Assembly (NCBI GenBank): GCA_049588915.1 | Contig: JBAVZU010000066.1 | Location: forward strand, 725-64,724 | DNA length: 64,000 nt | Reading direction: 5' to 3' | DNA from: Candidatus Sulfotelmatobacter sp. | GTDB taxonomy: Bacteria > Acidobacteriota > Terriglobia > Terriglobales > Acidobacteriaceae | Shown here: one piece after another, positions 17,428 to 26,691 of the stretch | Layout of the letters: every line of letters begins with the position of its first letter | Position numbering within the stretch: the first letter of the stretch is position 1 | Notes under the pieces: model-generated | What the model was told of the DNA's origin: nothing | What the model saw: only the letters and a program-made list of their open reading frames with translations | Database searches by the model: none | Position numbers and translations under genes: made by a program

Positions 17428-18930
17428 CTAGAACAGCGCGTACATGACGGGTCCCGTTTCGGCTTGTCCGGGGTGGAAAATCACGCTCAGGTACAACGCC
17501 AGGACGACTACTACTGGCATAATCCATACCCAGCGTTCGCGCGCCAGAGTGCCGAGGAGGGTGGCAAGCAGTCTGCGCAGGGTTCCGTTTGCTGTTTCGG
17601 TCGAGGTACGCGTGGCTTCTGCCAATCTATCCAAGAGCGCTCCGGCGGCGATGACCGCGAAATAGCCAAAAAACGCAAGCAGCGTCATCACATAGAAGCT
17701 GTGGTCCAAAGTCAGGTGACGGTAGGTGCCGAGTGACGCCAGTGCCTTCAGCATCGCGAATGACTGCCGCGTGTTTTCTGCGCGAAAGAAAACGTAGCCC
17801 ACGCAAACCGCGGAAAATGTCAGCCACCACGAGATTGCCATCGCAACCACCCCGGTCCACTCGAAGCCCAAGCGCTTGCGAAATTCCTGCCATTGCCGGT
17901 GCAAGACCAGCAAAATGCCGTGATAGATGCCCCACAGCATGAGTAAAAGAGTCCCTTTGTGCCATAGTCCGAAGACAAACATCGCGATCACCAGCGACAG
18001 GTTGCGCCACCAGACCTCGCGGCGCGCGGTCGCGAGTGGCAGAAAAAGGAAGTCACGAATCCAGAAGGACAGTGACATGTGCCAGCGCGTCCAGAAGACG
18101 GATATGGTGGTGGATAGATATGGCCGGTTGAAGTTCTCGTGTAACTGGATCCCAAACAGGCGGGCGCCGCCAATCATGATGTGAGTCCAACCGCAAAAGC
18201 TGAAATAGAGCTGGAATCCATAAGCGATAATCAGGAACCACACATCGATTCCACTTAGGGGCGCGGCGTTCTGACTGGAAAACGCATTGTCGAAAATCGC
18301 ATCCACGCCTGGGCCTGCATACAGGCCGCCAGCCATGACATTGGCGAGAACCGACATCAGCACTCCGATCGAAACGCGGCGCACTCCAGTTTTCAGATCG
18401 TCTTCGCTCACAGCCCAGTCCTGCTTAAACTGCGGCAGCATGCTGGACATGCGGCAGATCGGTCCCTGCAGCACAGTCGGCCAAAACGCCATGTAGAGGC
18501 AGAACTCGAGGAGCGTGGGGTTCAAATCCTCTTCGCGGTAGAGCTCTAAAAGATAACTCAGAGCCTGGAAAGTCCAGAAAGAAACCCCCAGAGGGAAGAT
18601 CATTCGCTTGAGCAGCGCAAAGGGAGAATCGCCCGGCGCGGCGGCGCCGAGCAAGGGCAGGTACTTGAACACGCTCAGAAAGGCCAGATTGAAAAGTATT
18701 CCAACCCACAGTCGCGCGGCGGTGATATTTTTCTTCAGCCATTCGCCCAAGGCGTAGTTCATGAGGGAGCTGAAAATCAGGACAACGATCAGCCATCCGC
18801 CCCAACTGTAATAAAAGAGCCAGCTTGCAATGAGGTAGAGTACCTGCCGCGCGCTGGCGGAACGAAGGCGCACCGCGATCAACCACACCAACAGCACGCC
18901 AATTCCGTATCGGAGGAATTCTGATGTCAT
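17428..18930 (-). CDS. MBOAT-family membrane-bound O-acyltransferase (DltB/AlgI/PatA type)
   Basis: Multi-TM protein with the MBOAT motifs FWTRWHMSLSFWIRDFLFLPL and FGLWHKG (conserved His). Confidence 0.85.
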   Translation of the reverse strand: MTSEFLRYGIGVLLVWLIAVRLRSASARQVLYLIASWLFYYSWGGWLIVVLIFSSLMNYALGEWLKKNITAARLWVGILFNLAFLSVFKYLPLLGAAAPGDSPFALLKRMIFPLGVSFWTFQALSYLLELYREEDLNPTLLEFCLYMAFWPTVLQGPICRMSSMLPQFKQDWAVSEDDLKTGVRRVSIGVLMSVLANVMAGGLYAGPGVDAIFDNAFSSQNAAPLSGIDVWFLIIAYGFQLYFSFCGWTHIMIGGARLFGIQLHENFNRPYLSTTISVFWTRWHMSLSFWIRDFLFLPLATARREVWWRNLSLVIAMFVFGLWHKGTLLLMLWGIYHGILLVLHRQWQEFRKRLGFEWTGVVAMAISWWLTFSAVCVGYVFFRAENTRQSFAMLKALASLGTYRHLTLDHSFYVMTLLAFFGYFAVIAAGALLDRLAEATRTSTETANGTLRRLLATLLGTLARERWVWIMPVVVVLALYLSVIFHPGQAETGPVMYALF

Positions 18931-19413
18931 TGGTTAGTCACCACTGCGTGTTTCGCACGCGGCGTCAGAAGCAGCGTGCCCCAAAGCGCATACTGGGGCG
19001 GACTAGCAAGTTCGAAATTTTCGCATCAATGGATTCATTCGCTGCGCCTGTTGTGAGTGTCCCGTGACCCTCACCGCATTTCCCGCCGGCCCAGCACATT
19101 AGGGGTCCACGATATTGATGCTTCGTTACACGCAGGTTGCGGGGATGTAAACGCTCGATGAAAACAAAGTGCAAACTCCTTGGCACCGGTTTTCTCGCTC
19201 CAATATGTCCCCACATACTGCTTGAGGACAGTCACTGGCACACTCGAAGAGTTCTTTGCAAAGGGCGCCTTTTTCTGCTCGTGCAAATTTAGGTAGATGT
19301 CCGAGACGCGCTGAGCTGTCGTCATGGGGCGCATGCGAAGGGGCGGTAGTTCGTCAAAAGTCGATTTTCCAAAGTCCCTTGCTCTTTTTGCGTCCTTGGA
19401 TTATAAAGTGTCT

Positions 19414-19566
19414 CATCTGGCGTTCGGGAATCGCGGTGAAAATCCGCTACTACCCCGTAACTGTAATCGCTGAGAACTGAACTTGGAGCCATGCTCCGGC
19501 CACTGAGGTTTTCTCGGGAAGGCTGTTCAGATTCGGTGAAGCGTGAGTCAGGAGACCGGCCAGATG
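19414..19566 (+). promoter_or_regulatory. Cobalamin (B12) riboswitch aptamer upstream of cobU
   Basis: P1 pairs CATCTGGC (19414-19421) with GCCAGATG (19559-19566). Conserved core GGTGAAAATCCGC..CCCGTAACTGTAA..GCCACTG..GGGAAGGC..AGTCAGGAGACCGGCC. Downstream, GCCTC (19686-19690) can pair with the SD GAGGT (19696-19700) just before ATG 19706. Confidence 0.9.
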
Positions 19567-19705
19567 CCAATCTAGGCTGATCCGGCTTCGATGGGAGAGC
19601 TGGATGGCGTTCCTTGCCAGGTGCAGCAAGCCCCGGCAACGAGAACCTGCCACATGAAATGATCCCGCTGTCCTGGGCAGAACGTGCCTCGGTCAGAGGT
19701 AATCC

Positions 19706-20251
19706 ATGCAAGAGATAGAGCGCAGGGCGATCACGCTCGTGCTCGGTGGCGTCCGTAGCGGAAAGAGCCGCTTTGCGCAGAAGCTCGCGGAAAAAGCTTC
19801 TTCCGTGGCTTTTGTTGCGACCGCGAAAGCGCTGGATGCAGAGATGCGCGATAAGATCCGCCGCCATCAGCAGGAACGTCCCAAGCACTGGCGGACTCTG
19901 GAAGAGCCGCTCGAGTTGGCGCGAGTCTTGGCCGAGCGCCCCCCACAGTTCGACGTGGTGCTGGTGGATTGTCTTACTCTTTTCGTAGCCAATGTTCTCG
20001 AAGAGAAGCCGCCGACGCCGGATAAACGCATCGCCGGCTTAACGGACGCATTGCGAACCGCATGTGCGTCCGTGGTGCTCGTTTCGAATGAGGTCGGCAG
20101 TGGCGTAGTTCCCGCCTATCCTGCGGGACGTCAATTTCGCGATCTCCTGGGCGAAGTTAATCAGAAAGTGGCGGCAATCGCCGATAACGTTGTGTTCATG
20201 GTCGCGGGACTTCCAATGTTGCTGAAGGGACACATCGAGGTGCGGCCATGA
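19706..20251 (+). CDS. cobU: Adenosylcobinamide kinase / adenosylcobinamide-phosphate guanylyltransferase
   Basis: LVLGGVRSGKSRFAQ P-loop, about 180 aa, in a cob/btu context behind a B12 riboswitch. Confidence 0.9.
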   Translation: MQEIERRAITLVLGGVRSGKSRFAQKLAEKASSVAFVATAKALDAEMRDKIRRHQQERPKHWRTLEEPLELARVLAERPPQFDVVLVDCLTLFVANVLEEKPPTPDKRIAGLTDALRTACASVVLVSNEVGSGVVPAYPAGRQFRDLLGEVNQKVAAIADNVVFMVAGLPMLLKGHIEVRP

Positions 20252-21102
20252 TGCGATTGCTTGCGTTGGCGACATTATGCTTGGCGCTGCCTGCCTTCGC
20301 GTCGCGAACGGTCACGGATGAACTGGGTCGCGCGGTAACGGTTCCAGACCATCCTCATCGCCTGGTGTGCCTGATGCCGAACTTGGTTGACGACGCGTAC
20401 GCGTTGGGAGCGGGGCCGGACGTAATCGCCGTGCCGGATTACACCAAGTATCCGGCGGAAGCCAAGACCAAGCCGAGCATCGGGTTGCCACTGAATCCCT
20501 CGATCGAAACCATCGTGTCTCTTCATCCGGATCTCGTCCTCGCCAGCGGTGATCTGAACCCCATGGCAACCGTGAATCAGTTGGAGGAGTTAGGAATCAC
20601 GGTATTCACGGTCAATCCGCACGGCATCGAGGGGATCTACAAATCAATTGCGAGCCTGGGACAGGCGTTAAACCGCGAGCAAGCGGCCGACAAACTGGTC
20701 GGCGTTTTGCGTGACCGCGAGGCTGCAGTGCGCCTGCGCGTTCACGGCAAGCCATCCGTCAAAGTTCTGATGCTGGTCTGGTATGACCCGATCATCACCG
20801 TCGGCAAAGACGCCTACATCACGCAGCTGATTGAAATCGCGGGTGGGCATTCGGTTACCGGTGACATCTCGCAGGAGTGGCCCCAGGTCAGCCTTGAAGT
20901 TGTTCTCGCTCGCGCGCCAGACGCCCTGCTATTGGTCCGAGGTTCCAAGATGTCGCTCGACGCCATCCGCAGCCGCCCGGGATGGACCAGTCTGCCCGCT
21001 GTAAGAGATAAGCGGGTTTATTACGTGGATGACCGCATTGAATATCCGAGCCCAGTCGCCTTCGATGCACTGGAGGATTTGGCGAAACAATTCTATCCGT
21101 GA
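20248..21102 (+). CDS. btuF: Periplasmic substrate-binding protein of a FecCD/BtuCD-type ABC importer (cobalamin-binding candidate)
   Basis: Signal peptide MMRLLALATLCLALPAFA and a TroA/BtuF-like layout (HRLVCLMPNLVDDAYALG..DLVLAS). ATGA overlap with cobU. Confidence 0.7.
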   Translation: MMRLLALATLCLALPAFASRTVTDELGRAVTVPDHPHRLVCLMPNLVDDAYALGAGPDVIAVPDYTKYPAEAKTKPSIGLPLNPSIETIVSLHPDLVLASGDLNPMATVNQLEELGITVFTVNPHGIEGIYKSIASLGQALNREQAADKLVGVLRDREAAVRLRVHGKPSVKVLMLVWYDPIITVGKDAYITQLIEIAGGHSVTGDISQEWPQVSLEVVLARAPDALLLVRGSKMSLDAIRSRPGWTSLPAVRDKRVYYVDDRIEYPSPVAFDALEDLAKQFYP

Positions 21103-21152
21103 AGTTCAAGCGTGAGATGGGCGCTCCATCTCCAAACTCATAACTGCGAACC

Positions 21153-21295
21153 AGCGGGATGATCGGGAAGCGCGGTGCAAGTCCGCCACTACCCCGTAAC
21201 TGTAAGCGAAGAGGCTCGGCCACACGCCACTGGAGGAAGGTTTCCGGGAAGGCGGCCGCAGCCGATGACTCGCGAGTCAGGAGACCGGTCCCGCT
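21153..21295 (+). promoter_or_regulatory. Second cobalamin (B12) riboswitch aptamer, upstream of the TonB-dependent receptor
   Basis: P1 pairs AGCGGGA (21153-21159) with TCCCGCT (21289-21295). Core GGTGCAAGTCCGCCACTACCCCGTAACTGTAA..GCCACTGG..GGGAAGGC..AGTCAGGAGACCGG. SD GAGGGG at 21304-21309, ATG at 21316. Confidence 0.9.
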
Positions 21296-21315
21296 AAACT
21301 TCCGAGGGGAAAACC

Positions 21316-23760
21316 ATGTTCCGACTTTCGCGCACGTTCCAATTGGCTTTTTGTTTCGTTTTCGCTTTTGCTGGTATCGCGTTCACCTTGCCTAACACTT
21401 CCATCCACGGAACCGTATCCGACCCCTCTGGCGCGGTGCTTGCCAACGCCAAAGTGGAATTGATCGAAAACGATATTCCCGTGTTAACCGTAATGACGGA
21501 CGCCAAGGGTGAATATGCGATCAATCTGAAACCCTCGCCTGGTTCCCGGCTCCGGGTATCTTTTTCTGGGTTCCGGACAGTCGAGAAGGTGCTGTCGCCA
21601 GCGGGCGACATCCGCGATTTGACCGTGGACATGAGCCTCCCGCTCGCGTCCTTCGCTGAGCAGATCACTGTGACGTCGACGGGAACGCCCACGCCCCAGG
21701 CGCAGTTGGGTGCGACCGTGACCGCACTGACCGAGCCCGACTATCAGGGAACGCGCGATATTCAAGAAGGATTACGGCTTGTTCCCGGCCTTCAGGCCGT
21801 GCAGACTGGCCAAGCCGGCGGAACAACCGCTTTATTTATTCGCGGCGGCGGCAGCGATGCGAACAAGATACTGATCGACGGAATCCCGGCGAATGATGTG
21901 GGAGGAGAATTCGAATTCGCAAACCTCGCAAGCGCTGCAATCGGGCGGGTGGAGGTTCTTCGCGGACCGAACAGCGTCCTATACGGGTCGGACGCATTGG
22001 CCGGCGTTGTCAGTTTCACAACTCCAAGGGGAGACACACCGCTGCCTTTGCTCACTTACTTGATCGATGGGGGCAACTTCGGTACTTATCATCAGGAAGG
22101 AACCTTCAGCGGACTTTACCGGCGGTTGGACTACTTTTCCGATTACTCGCGTTTCGACACGGGAAATTCAATCCCTGACAATACATTTCACAATGGCACC
22201 TTCGCGGGGAGCTATGGCTGGAAGTTCTCGCCGAACTCCACTCTGCGCGCGACGGTCCATCACGATCAGGTCGCTTCCGGTCAGCCCAATGCAATTGACC
22301 TGTACGGCATACCAACCGAGGCGAAGCAAGCCAGCGAAGATAGCTACTACGGGTTCACGTGGGAAAACCACCCGACAGCAAACTGGCACAGCCTTTTGCG
22401 CTATGGAGGGATCAGGCTGCGTTCAAGTTTCACCGAGTTCGCGCCCACAGGGATTCCACAATATTTTGACGGAGTTCTGGAAGATTATCTGGGCGCGCCG
22501 GTCACCATCCGAGGTGCGAACGGGTACACCGTAAGCGGCCAGGCCGTATATCAGTACGTAGAAATCTACCCCAACTCTTTTCCGGATTCCACCGACAAGG
22601 ACTTTGTCTACGCGCAATCGGACTATCGCTTCAACCAGCACCTTCTAGGACTCTTTGCATTTCGCTACGAGGACGAGCGTGGCTATTCCGAAAGCCCGAC
22701 CAGTTCCATCGAGCGAGGCAATTACAGCTACACCTTCCAACTTCAGGGCGATATTCGCAATCGGTTGTTCTATACGCTTGGGGGCGGTATTGAAGACAAC
22801 GGCCTGTTTGGGTTCGCCGGGACACCACGCGTTTCGCTGGCTTGGCAAGCGGCGCGCGGGGATACTGGATTCTTCAGCGGCACAAAAATTCGCGCCAGCT
22901 ATGGAGAAGGCATCAAGGAACCTAGCGTCCTTGATCAGACTACGTCGCTCTACGCCTTGCTTGAAAGTCTGTCTGGTGGCGCGCAACTCATCTCGCAATA
23001 CCGCGTTGGCGCGATCGGTCCGGAGCGTTCGAAAAGCTACGACGGCGGAATCGATCAATTGCTATTCGCTGGTCGCGGACGCGCGAGCCTAACCGCGTTT
23101 CACAACGAGTTCACGGACGGCATTGAGTACATCCCGCAACCGGGTCTCATCGATCTCGGGGTGCCCAGCGCCATTGCGGCCGCGGCTGTCTACGGCGCGA
23201 CCGTGAACTCCCAAGCCTATCGGGCGGAAGGAATTGAAACCGAAGTGGAGTATCAAATCACAAACAATCTCTTTGCCCGCGCGGGTTATACGTACCTGGA
23301 TGCGCGAATTCAGCGTTCGTTCTCGAGTGATGCGATTGGACCGAGCTTTAACCCGAACTTTCCGAATGTCCCAATCGGAATTTACTCTCCTTTGATTGGT
23401 GCACGCCCCTTCCGGCGTGCCCCCCACACCGGTTATTTCGAAGTGGGCTACCATGTAAAACGTTTTTTTACCGGCCTTCGCGGCACGCTGGTGGGGCGCA
23501 GAGACGACAGCGACTTCCTTGAATTCGACGCCAACGGCGGAACATCACTTCTGTTGCCCAACCGTAATCTCGACGGCGCTTATCAGAGGATTGATTTAAC
23601 GGCCAGCTATCAAATCAATCGGTACGTGGCCGCACAAGGCAGCTTTCAGAATCTGCTGAGCCAGCACTATGACGAGGCATTCGGTTATCCGGCAACTCCG
23701 TTCATGTTTCGCCTTGGACTGAAGTTCTCCCTGGGAGGTGAATCGTGGCCAGGGAAATAG
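21316..23760 (+). CDS. btuB: TonB-dependent receptor (cobalamin/corrinoid uptake candidate) with a carboxypeptidase-regulatory-like N-terminal domain
   Basis: Signal peptide, then IHGTVSDPSGAVLANAKVELIEND (CarboxypepD_reg-like). Plug motifs GLQAVQTGQAGGTTALFIRGG and NKILIDGIP, then a long barrel. The riboswitch lies directly upstream. Confidence 0.8.
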   Translation: MFRLSRTFQLAFCFVFAFAGIAFTLPNTSIHGTVSDPSGAVLANAKVELIENDIPVLTVMTDAKGEYAINLKPSPGSRLRVSFSGFRTVEKVLSPAGDIRDLTVDMSLPLASFAEQITVTSTGTPTPQAQLGATVTALTEPDYQGTRDIQEGLRLVPGLQAVQTGQAGGTTALFIRGGGSDANKILIDGIPANDVGGEFEFANLASAAIGRVEVLRGPNSVLYGSDALAGVVSFTTPRGDTPLPLLTYLIDGGNFGTYHQEGTFSGLYRRLDYFSDYSRFDTGNSIPDNTFHNGTFAGSYGWKFSPNSTLRATVHHDQVASGQPNAIDLYGIPTEAKQASEDSYYGFTWENHPTANWHSLLRYGGIRLRSSFTEFAPTGIPQYFDGVLEDYLGAPVTIRGANGYTVSGQAVYQYVEIYPNSFPDSTDKDFVYAQSDYRFNQHLLGLFAFRYEDERGYSESPTSSIERGNYSYTFQLQGDIRNRLFYTLGGGIEDNGLFGFAGTPRVSLAWQAARGDTGFFSGTKIRASYGEGIKEPSVLDQTTSLYALLESLSGGAQLISQYRVGAIGPERSKSYDGGIDQLLFAGRGRASLTAFHNEFTDGIEYIPQPGLIDLGVPSAIAAAAVYGATVNSQAYRAEGIETEVEYQITNNLFARAGYTYLDARIQRSFSSDAIGPSFNPNFPNVPIGIYSPLIGARPFRRAPHTGYFEVGYHVKRFFTGLRGTLVGRRDDSDFLEFDANGGTSLLLPNRNLDGAYQRIDLTASYQINRYVAAQGSFQNLLSQHYDEAFGYPATPFMFRLGLKFSLGGESWPGK

Positions 23761-24821
23761 CGCAGACACGGGCTGCTCCCGCTCCCCAAGCGCAGGCAGA
23801 GCCCCAACCGCGGCATCGCATCTTGGCGGGGATACTGACGGTGTTGCTCGTGGCGGCGATTGTGGTCTCCTTGGGGTTGGGCGCGGTGGATGTACCGGTG
23901 CGGAAATTGGTTCTGGCGCTTCTTGGCAGGGATTCGCTCAGCGCCGATCAACGCATCATTATTCTTACAATTCGCCTTCCGCGCGTCCTGGCTGCGGCCA
24001 TTGTGGGGAGCGCGCTGTCGGTTTCCGGCCTTCTCTTTCAAGGGCTTTTCCGGAATCCTCTGGCCGACCCATATGTGATTGGATCCTCCGGTGGGGCCCT
24101 CCTCGGAGCGTCTGTGGGAGTGTTCTTGCTTTCTTCAGTGTCTGTCGCGGGATTCGGCGCGACGGCGCTTCTGGCCTTTCTTGGTGCCATCTGCTCAATC
24201 ACGCTTGTGTACTTGCTGGCGCGTGTGAATGGCCGCACGCCTGTCGTGGCTTTGCTTCTCGCTGGCTTTGCTGTGAGCACAATGCTCAGTTATTCCTCCT
24301 ATCTGCTGGAGGTGCTGGACCACGATTTTGGTACAGGGGTCCGGGTACTTGCATCCTGGCTGCACGGAACCATTGCACAGCCGACCTGGGGGCAATTGGC
24401 AATCATCGCTGCGATGCTGCTGTTTGGCTTGGCCGGTTCAGCGCCATTGACGCGAAAGCTGAACACGCTCGCTCTTGGCGAGGAATACGCGACGCATCTC
24501 GGCATCCATGTTCAGCAGACCCGCATTGCTGTGATTGTGATTGGATCCGTGCTCACGGCAGCTGCGGTGGCTCTGGGAGGGCTGATCAGTTTTGTCGGGT
24601 TGATTGTTCCACACATGATGCGCATGCTGCTGGGACCGGATCATACGCGCTTGTTGCCTGTGACCGCGCTGGCCGGGGCGGTTTTCCTGCTCGTGGCTGA
24701 TACAGTTGCGCGCACAGTAGTCGCCCCCTCCGAACTGCCGGTCGGGGTTCTCACCGCCTTCATCGGTGGCCCGTTCTTTCTTTACCTCCTGAGAAAAACA
24801 AAGCAGGAGACACTCTTGTGA
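23745..24821 (+). CDS. btuC: FecCD-family ABC importer permease
   Basis: GTG start. Motifs RLPRVLAAAIVGSALSVSGLLFQGLFRNPLADPYVIGSSGGA and GPFFLYLL. Confidence 0.85.
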   Translation: MAREIAQTRAAPAPQAQAEPQPRHRILAGILTVLLVAAIVVSLGLGAVDVPVRKLVLALLGRDSLSADQRIIILTIRLPRVLAAAIVGSALSVSGLLFQGLFRNPLADPYVIGSSGGALLGASVGVFLLSSVSVAGFGATALLAFLGAICSITLVYLLARVNGRTPVVALLLAGFAVSTMLSYSSYLLEVLDHDFGTGVRVLASWLHGTIAQPTWGQLAIIAAMLLFGLAGSAPLTRKLNTLALGEEYATHLGIHVQQTRIAVIVIGSVLTAAAVALGGLISFVGLIVPHMMRMLLGPDHTRLLPVTALAGAVFLLVADTVARTVVAPSELPVGVLTAFIGGPFFLYLLRKTKQETLL

Positions 24822-25585
24822 CTCCTCTTCTTGAATTTGACCAGGCCAGTTTCAGCTACGGAAATCGCACGGTCCTTAGCGATATCCATGCGGCTATTTC
24901 TGACAGCGAATGCATCACGCTGGTAGGCCCCAATGGGGTCGGCAAGACCACTCTGCTGCGCCTGGCTGCCGGCATCCTCGTCCCGAGAACCGGCGATGTG
25001 CGGTTACATGGTCAAGTTCTCCAGAGCCTAAAGCAACGCACCATTGCGAGGTCCATTGCGCTCGTGCCCCAGAACGTGGAGGTTCCGTTCGCTTTCACAG
25101 TCGAACAGTTTATCGAACAAGGCAGAACGCCTTTCTTAAGAATGTTTGGCGGACTGCGACCTGCTGACCGGGAAGCCATCGAAGAAGCGATGGATCTTAC
25201 GGATACGCGGTCGCTGCGCTCGAGGGTATTCAACCAGCTTAGCGGCGGCGAACGTCAACGCGTCAAGATTGCTCTCGGGCTCGCCCAGCGGCCGGAGCTT
25301 CTTCTGCTCGATGAACCCACACAGCACCTCGATATCGGGCGCCAGTTCGAAATGGTCGATCTGATCCGCTCCTTGAGCCGTCGCGGTATCGCGATCCTCG
25401 CCTCCATGCACGATCTGACGCTGATCGAAGGAACGTTTTCTTCGGTATGGTTGTTGAGTGCGGGGGAACCCATCCGCAAGGGGACACCGGAGGAGATGCT
25501 GCAACCCGAGCTACTGGAGCATGCTTTCAATTGTCCACCACGCCATCGTCCCGTGCTGGTCGAACGAATTCGGGCGAGGAGGTAG
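24818..25585 (+). CDS. btuD: ABC importer ATPase
   Basis: Walker A GPNGVGKTT, signature LSGGERQRV, Walker B LLLLDEP. GTGA overlap with the permease gene. Confidence 0.85.
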   Translation: MTPLLEFDQASFSYGNRTVLSDIHAAISDSECITLVGPNGVGKTTLLRLAAGILVPRTGDVRLHGQVLQSLKQRTIARSIALVPQNVEVPFAFTVEQFIEQGRTPFLRMFGGLRPADREAIEEAMDLTDTRSLRSRVFNQLSGGERQRVKIALGLAQRPELLLLDEPTQHLDIGRQFEMVDLIRSLSRRGIAILASMHDLTLIEGTFSSVWLLSAGEPIRKGTPEEMLQPELLEHAFNCPPRHRPVLVERIRARR

Positions 25586-25593
25586 CGAGTTTT

Positions 25594-26691
25594 ATGATCT
25601 CAACTTTCCCTTCATCTCTTGCTGAAGTCGCCGCAGCAATTGCACCATGCGAGGCGACCTTCAAGACGGAAGCCCAACGTCGGCTCGAGAATCTGGCTAA
25701 GCCGATTGGCAGTCTGGGCCATCTCGAAAGCATTGCAGCCCAGATGTATTCGATTTTCTCCGGAAAAATTCCTCGGTCGATGCGGAGAGCCGTTTATGTC
25801 TTTGCCGCAGACCATGGCGTGACGGAAGAAGGCGTCAGCGCGTATCCCCGGGAAGTGACGGCGCAAATGGTGCGCAACTTCCTGAATGGAGGCGCGGCGA
25901 TCAATGTGTTGGCACGGTTGCACGAGGCAGAACTCACAGTAGTCGACGTAGGTGTAGACGCCGAGTTCGAAGACGCTCCGGGACTTTGTTCCATGAAAGT
26001 ACGTCGCGGCAGCCGAAACATGCATCGCGAAGCGGCGATGACGGAGGACGAAGTTTTCGCCGCGCTTGACGCTGGAATTCGCGTGGCTCACAGCGCCAGA
26101 GAAAAAGGGCAGCAGCTCGTAGCTGTCGGCGAGATGGGAATCGGAAATACCACGGCGGCGAGTGCCATCGCGGCGGCGCTTACGCGCCAGCCGATTGGTG
26201 AAGTAACAGGCCGCGGCGCCGGACTCGACGTGGTCGGACGAAACCGTAAGCTCCACGTCATCAAGAGATCTCTCAAGCGGCATTTCGGAGTTTTTGAGGC
26301 GGAACCTGAGCCGCTTGAAGTCTTGCGCTGTGTTGGTGGACTCGAAATAGCGGCCATGACAGGATTCATTCTCAGCGCTGCGGCCGGGCGCATCGCCGTC
26401 ATTTGCGACGGCTTTATTTCGACCGTCGCCGCTGCAGTCGCATATGCCATTGCTCCGCAGGTGAGTGAATATCTGTTTGCCGGTCATTGTTCCGAGGAGC
26501 CTGGGCATCGGCACTTGCTTCGCTATATCGGAATCAAGCCGATACTCAACCTCGGCATGAGATTGGGCGAAGGGACCGGCGCGGTTCTCGCGATGCCGGT
26601 CATCGAATCTTCGATTCGTCTGTATTCTGAGATGGCTACGTTTTCTTCGGCGGGAGTGAGCGCGGCCTGCACCACGGAGTCCGGCAATTGA
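25594..26691 (+). CDS. cobT: Nicotinate-nucleotide--dimethylbenzimidazole phosphoribosyltransferase
   Basis: ATG 25594 lies 8 nt after the btuD stop. Motifs LAKPIGSLGHLE and GEMGIGNTTAASAI. The listed upstream extension from 25447 overlaps btuD and is rejected. Confidence 0.9.
   Translation: MISTFPSSLAEVAAAIAPCEATFKTEAQRRLENLAKPIGSLGHLESIAAQMYSIFSGKIPRSMRRAVYVFAADHGVTEEGVSAYPREVTAQMVRNFLNGGAAINVLARLHEAELTVVDVGVDAEFEDAPGLCSMKVRRGSRNMHREAAMTEDEVFAALDAGIRVAHSAREKGQQLVAVGEMGIGNTTAASAIAAALTRQPIGEVTGRGAGLDVVGRNRKLHVIKRSLKRHFGVFEAEPEPLEVLRCVGGLEIAAMTGFILSAAAGRIAVICDGFISTVAAAVAYAIAPQVSEYLFAGHCSEEPGHRHLLRYIGIKPILNLGMRLGEGTGAVLAMPVIESSIRLYSEMATFSSAGVSAACTTESGN

Noticed and set aside
18965-19334. Two overlapping minus-strand ORFs (83 and 87 aa) in the gap between the MBOAT operon and the riboswitch, considered as a frameshifted gene remnant
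   Set aside because: No recognisable family, no SD, and the second frame is R-rich. I cannot support a gene or a pseudogene call. The region more likely holds the promoters of the two divergent units.
19322-19888. 188-aa minus-strand ORF
   Set aside because: It lies across the cobalamin riboswitch and the cobU start. The riboswitch core motifs explain this DNA.
23738-24700. 320-aa plus-strand ORF in another frame of the permease gene
   Set aside because: The FecCD motifs occur only in the 23745 frame. This frame is R/G/C-rich nonsense.
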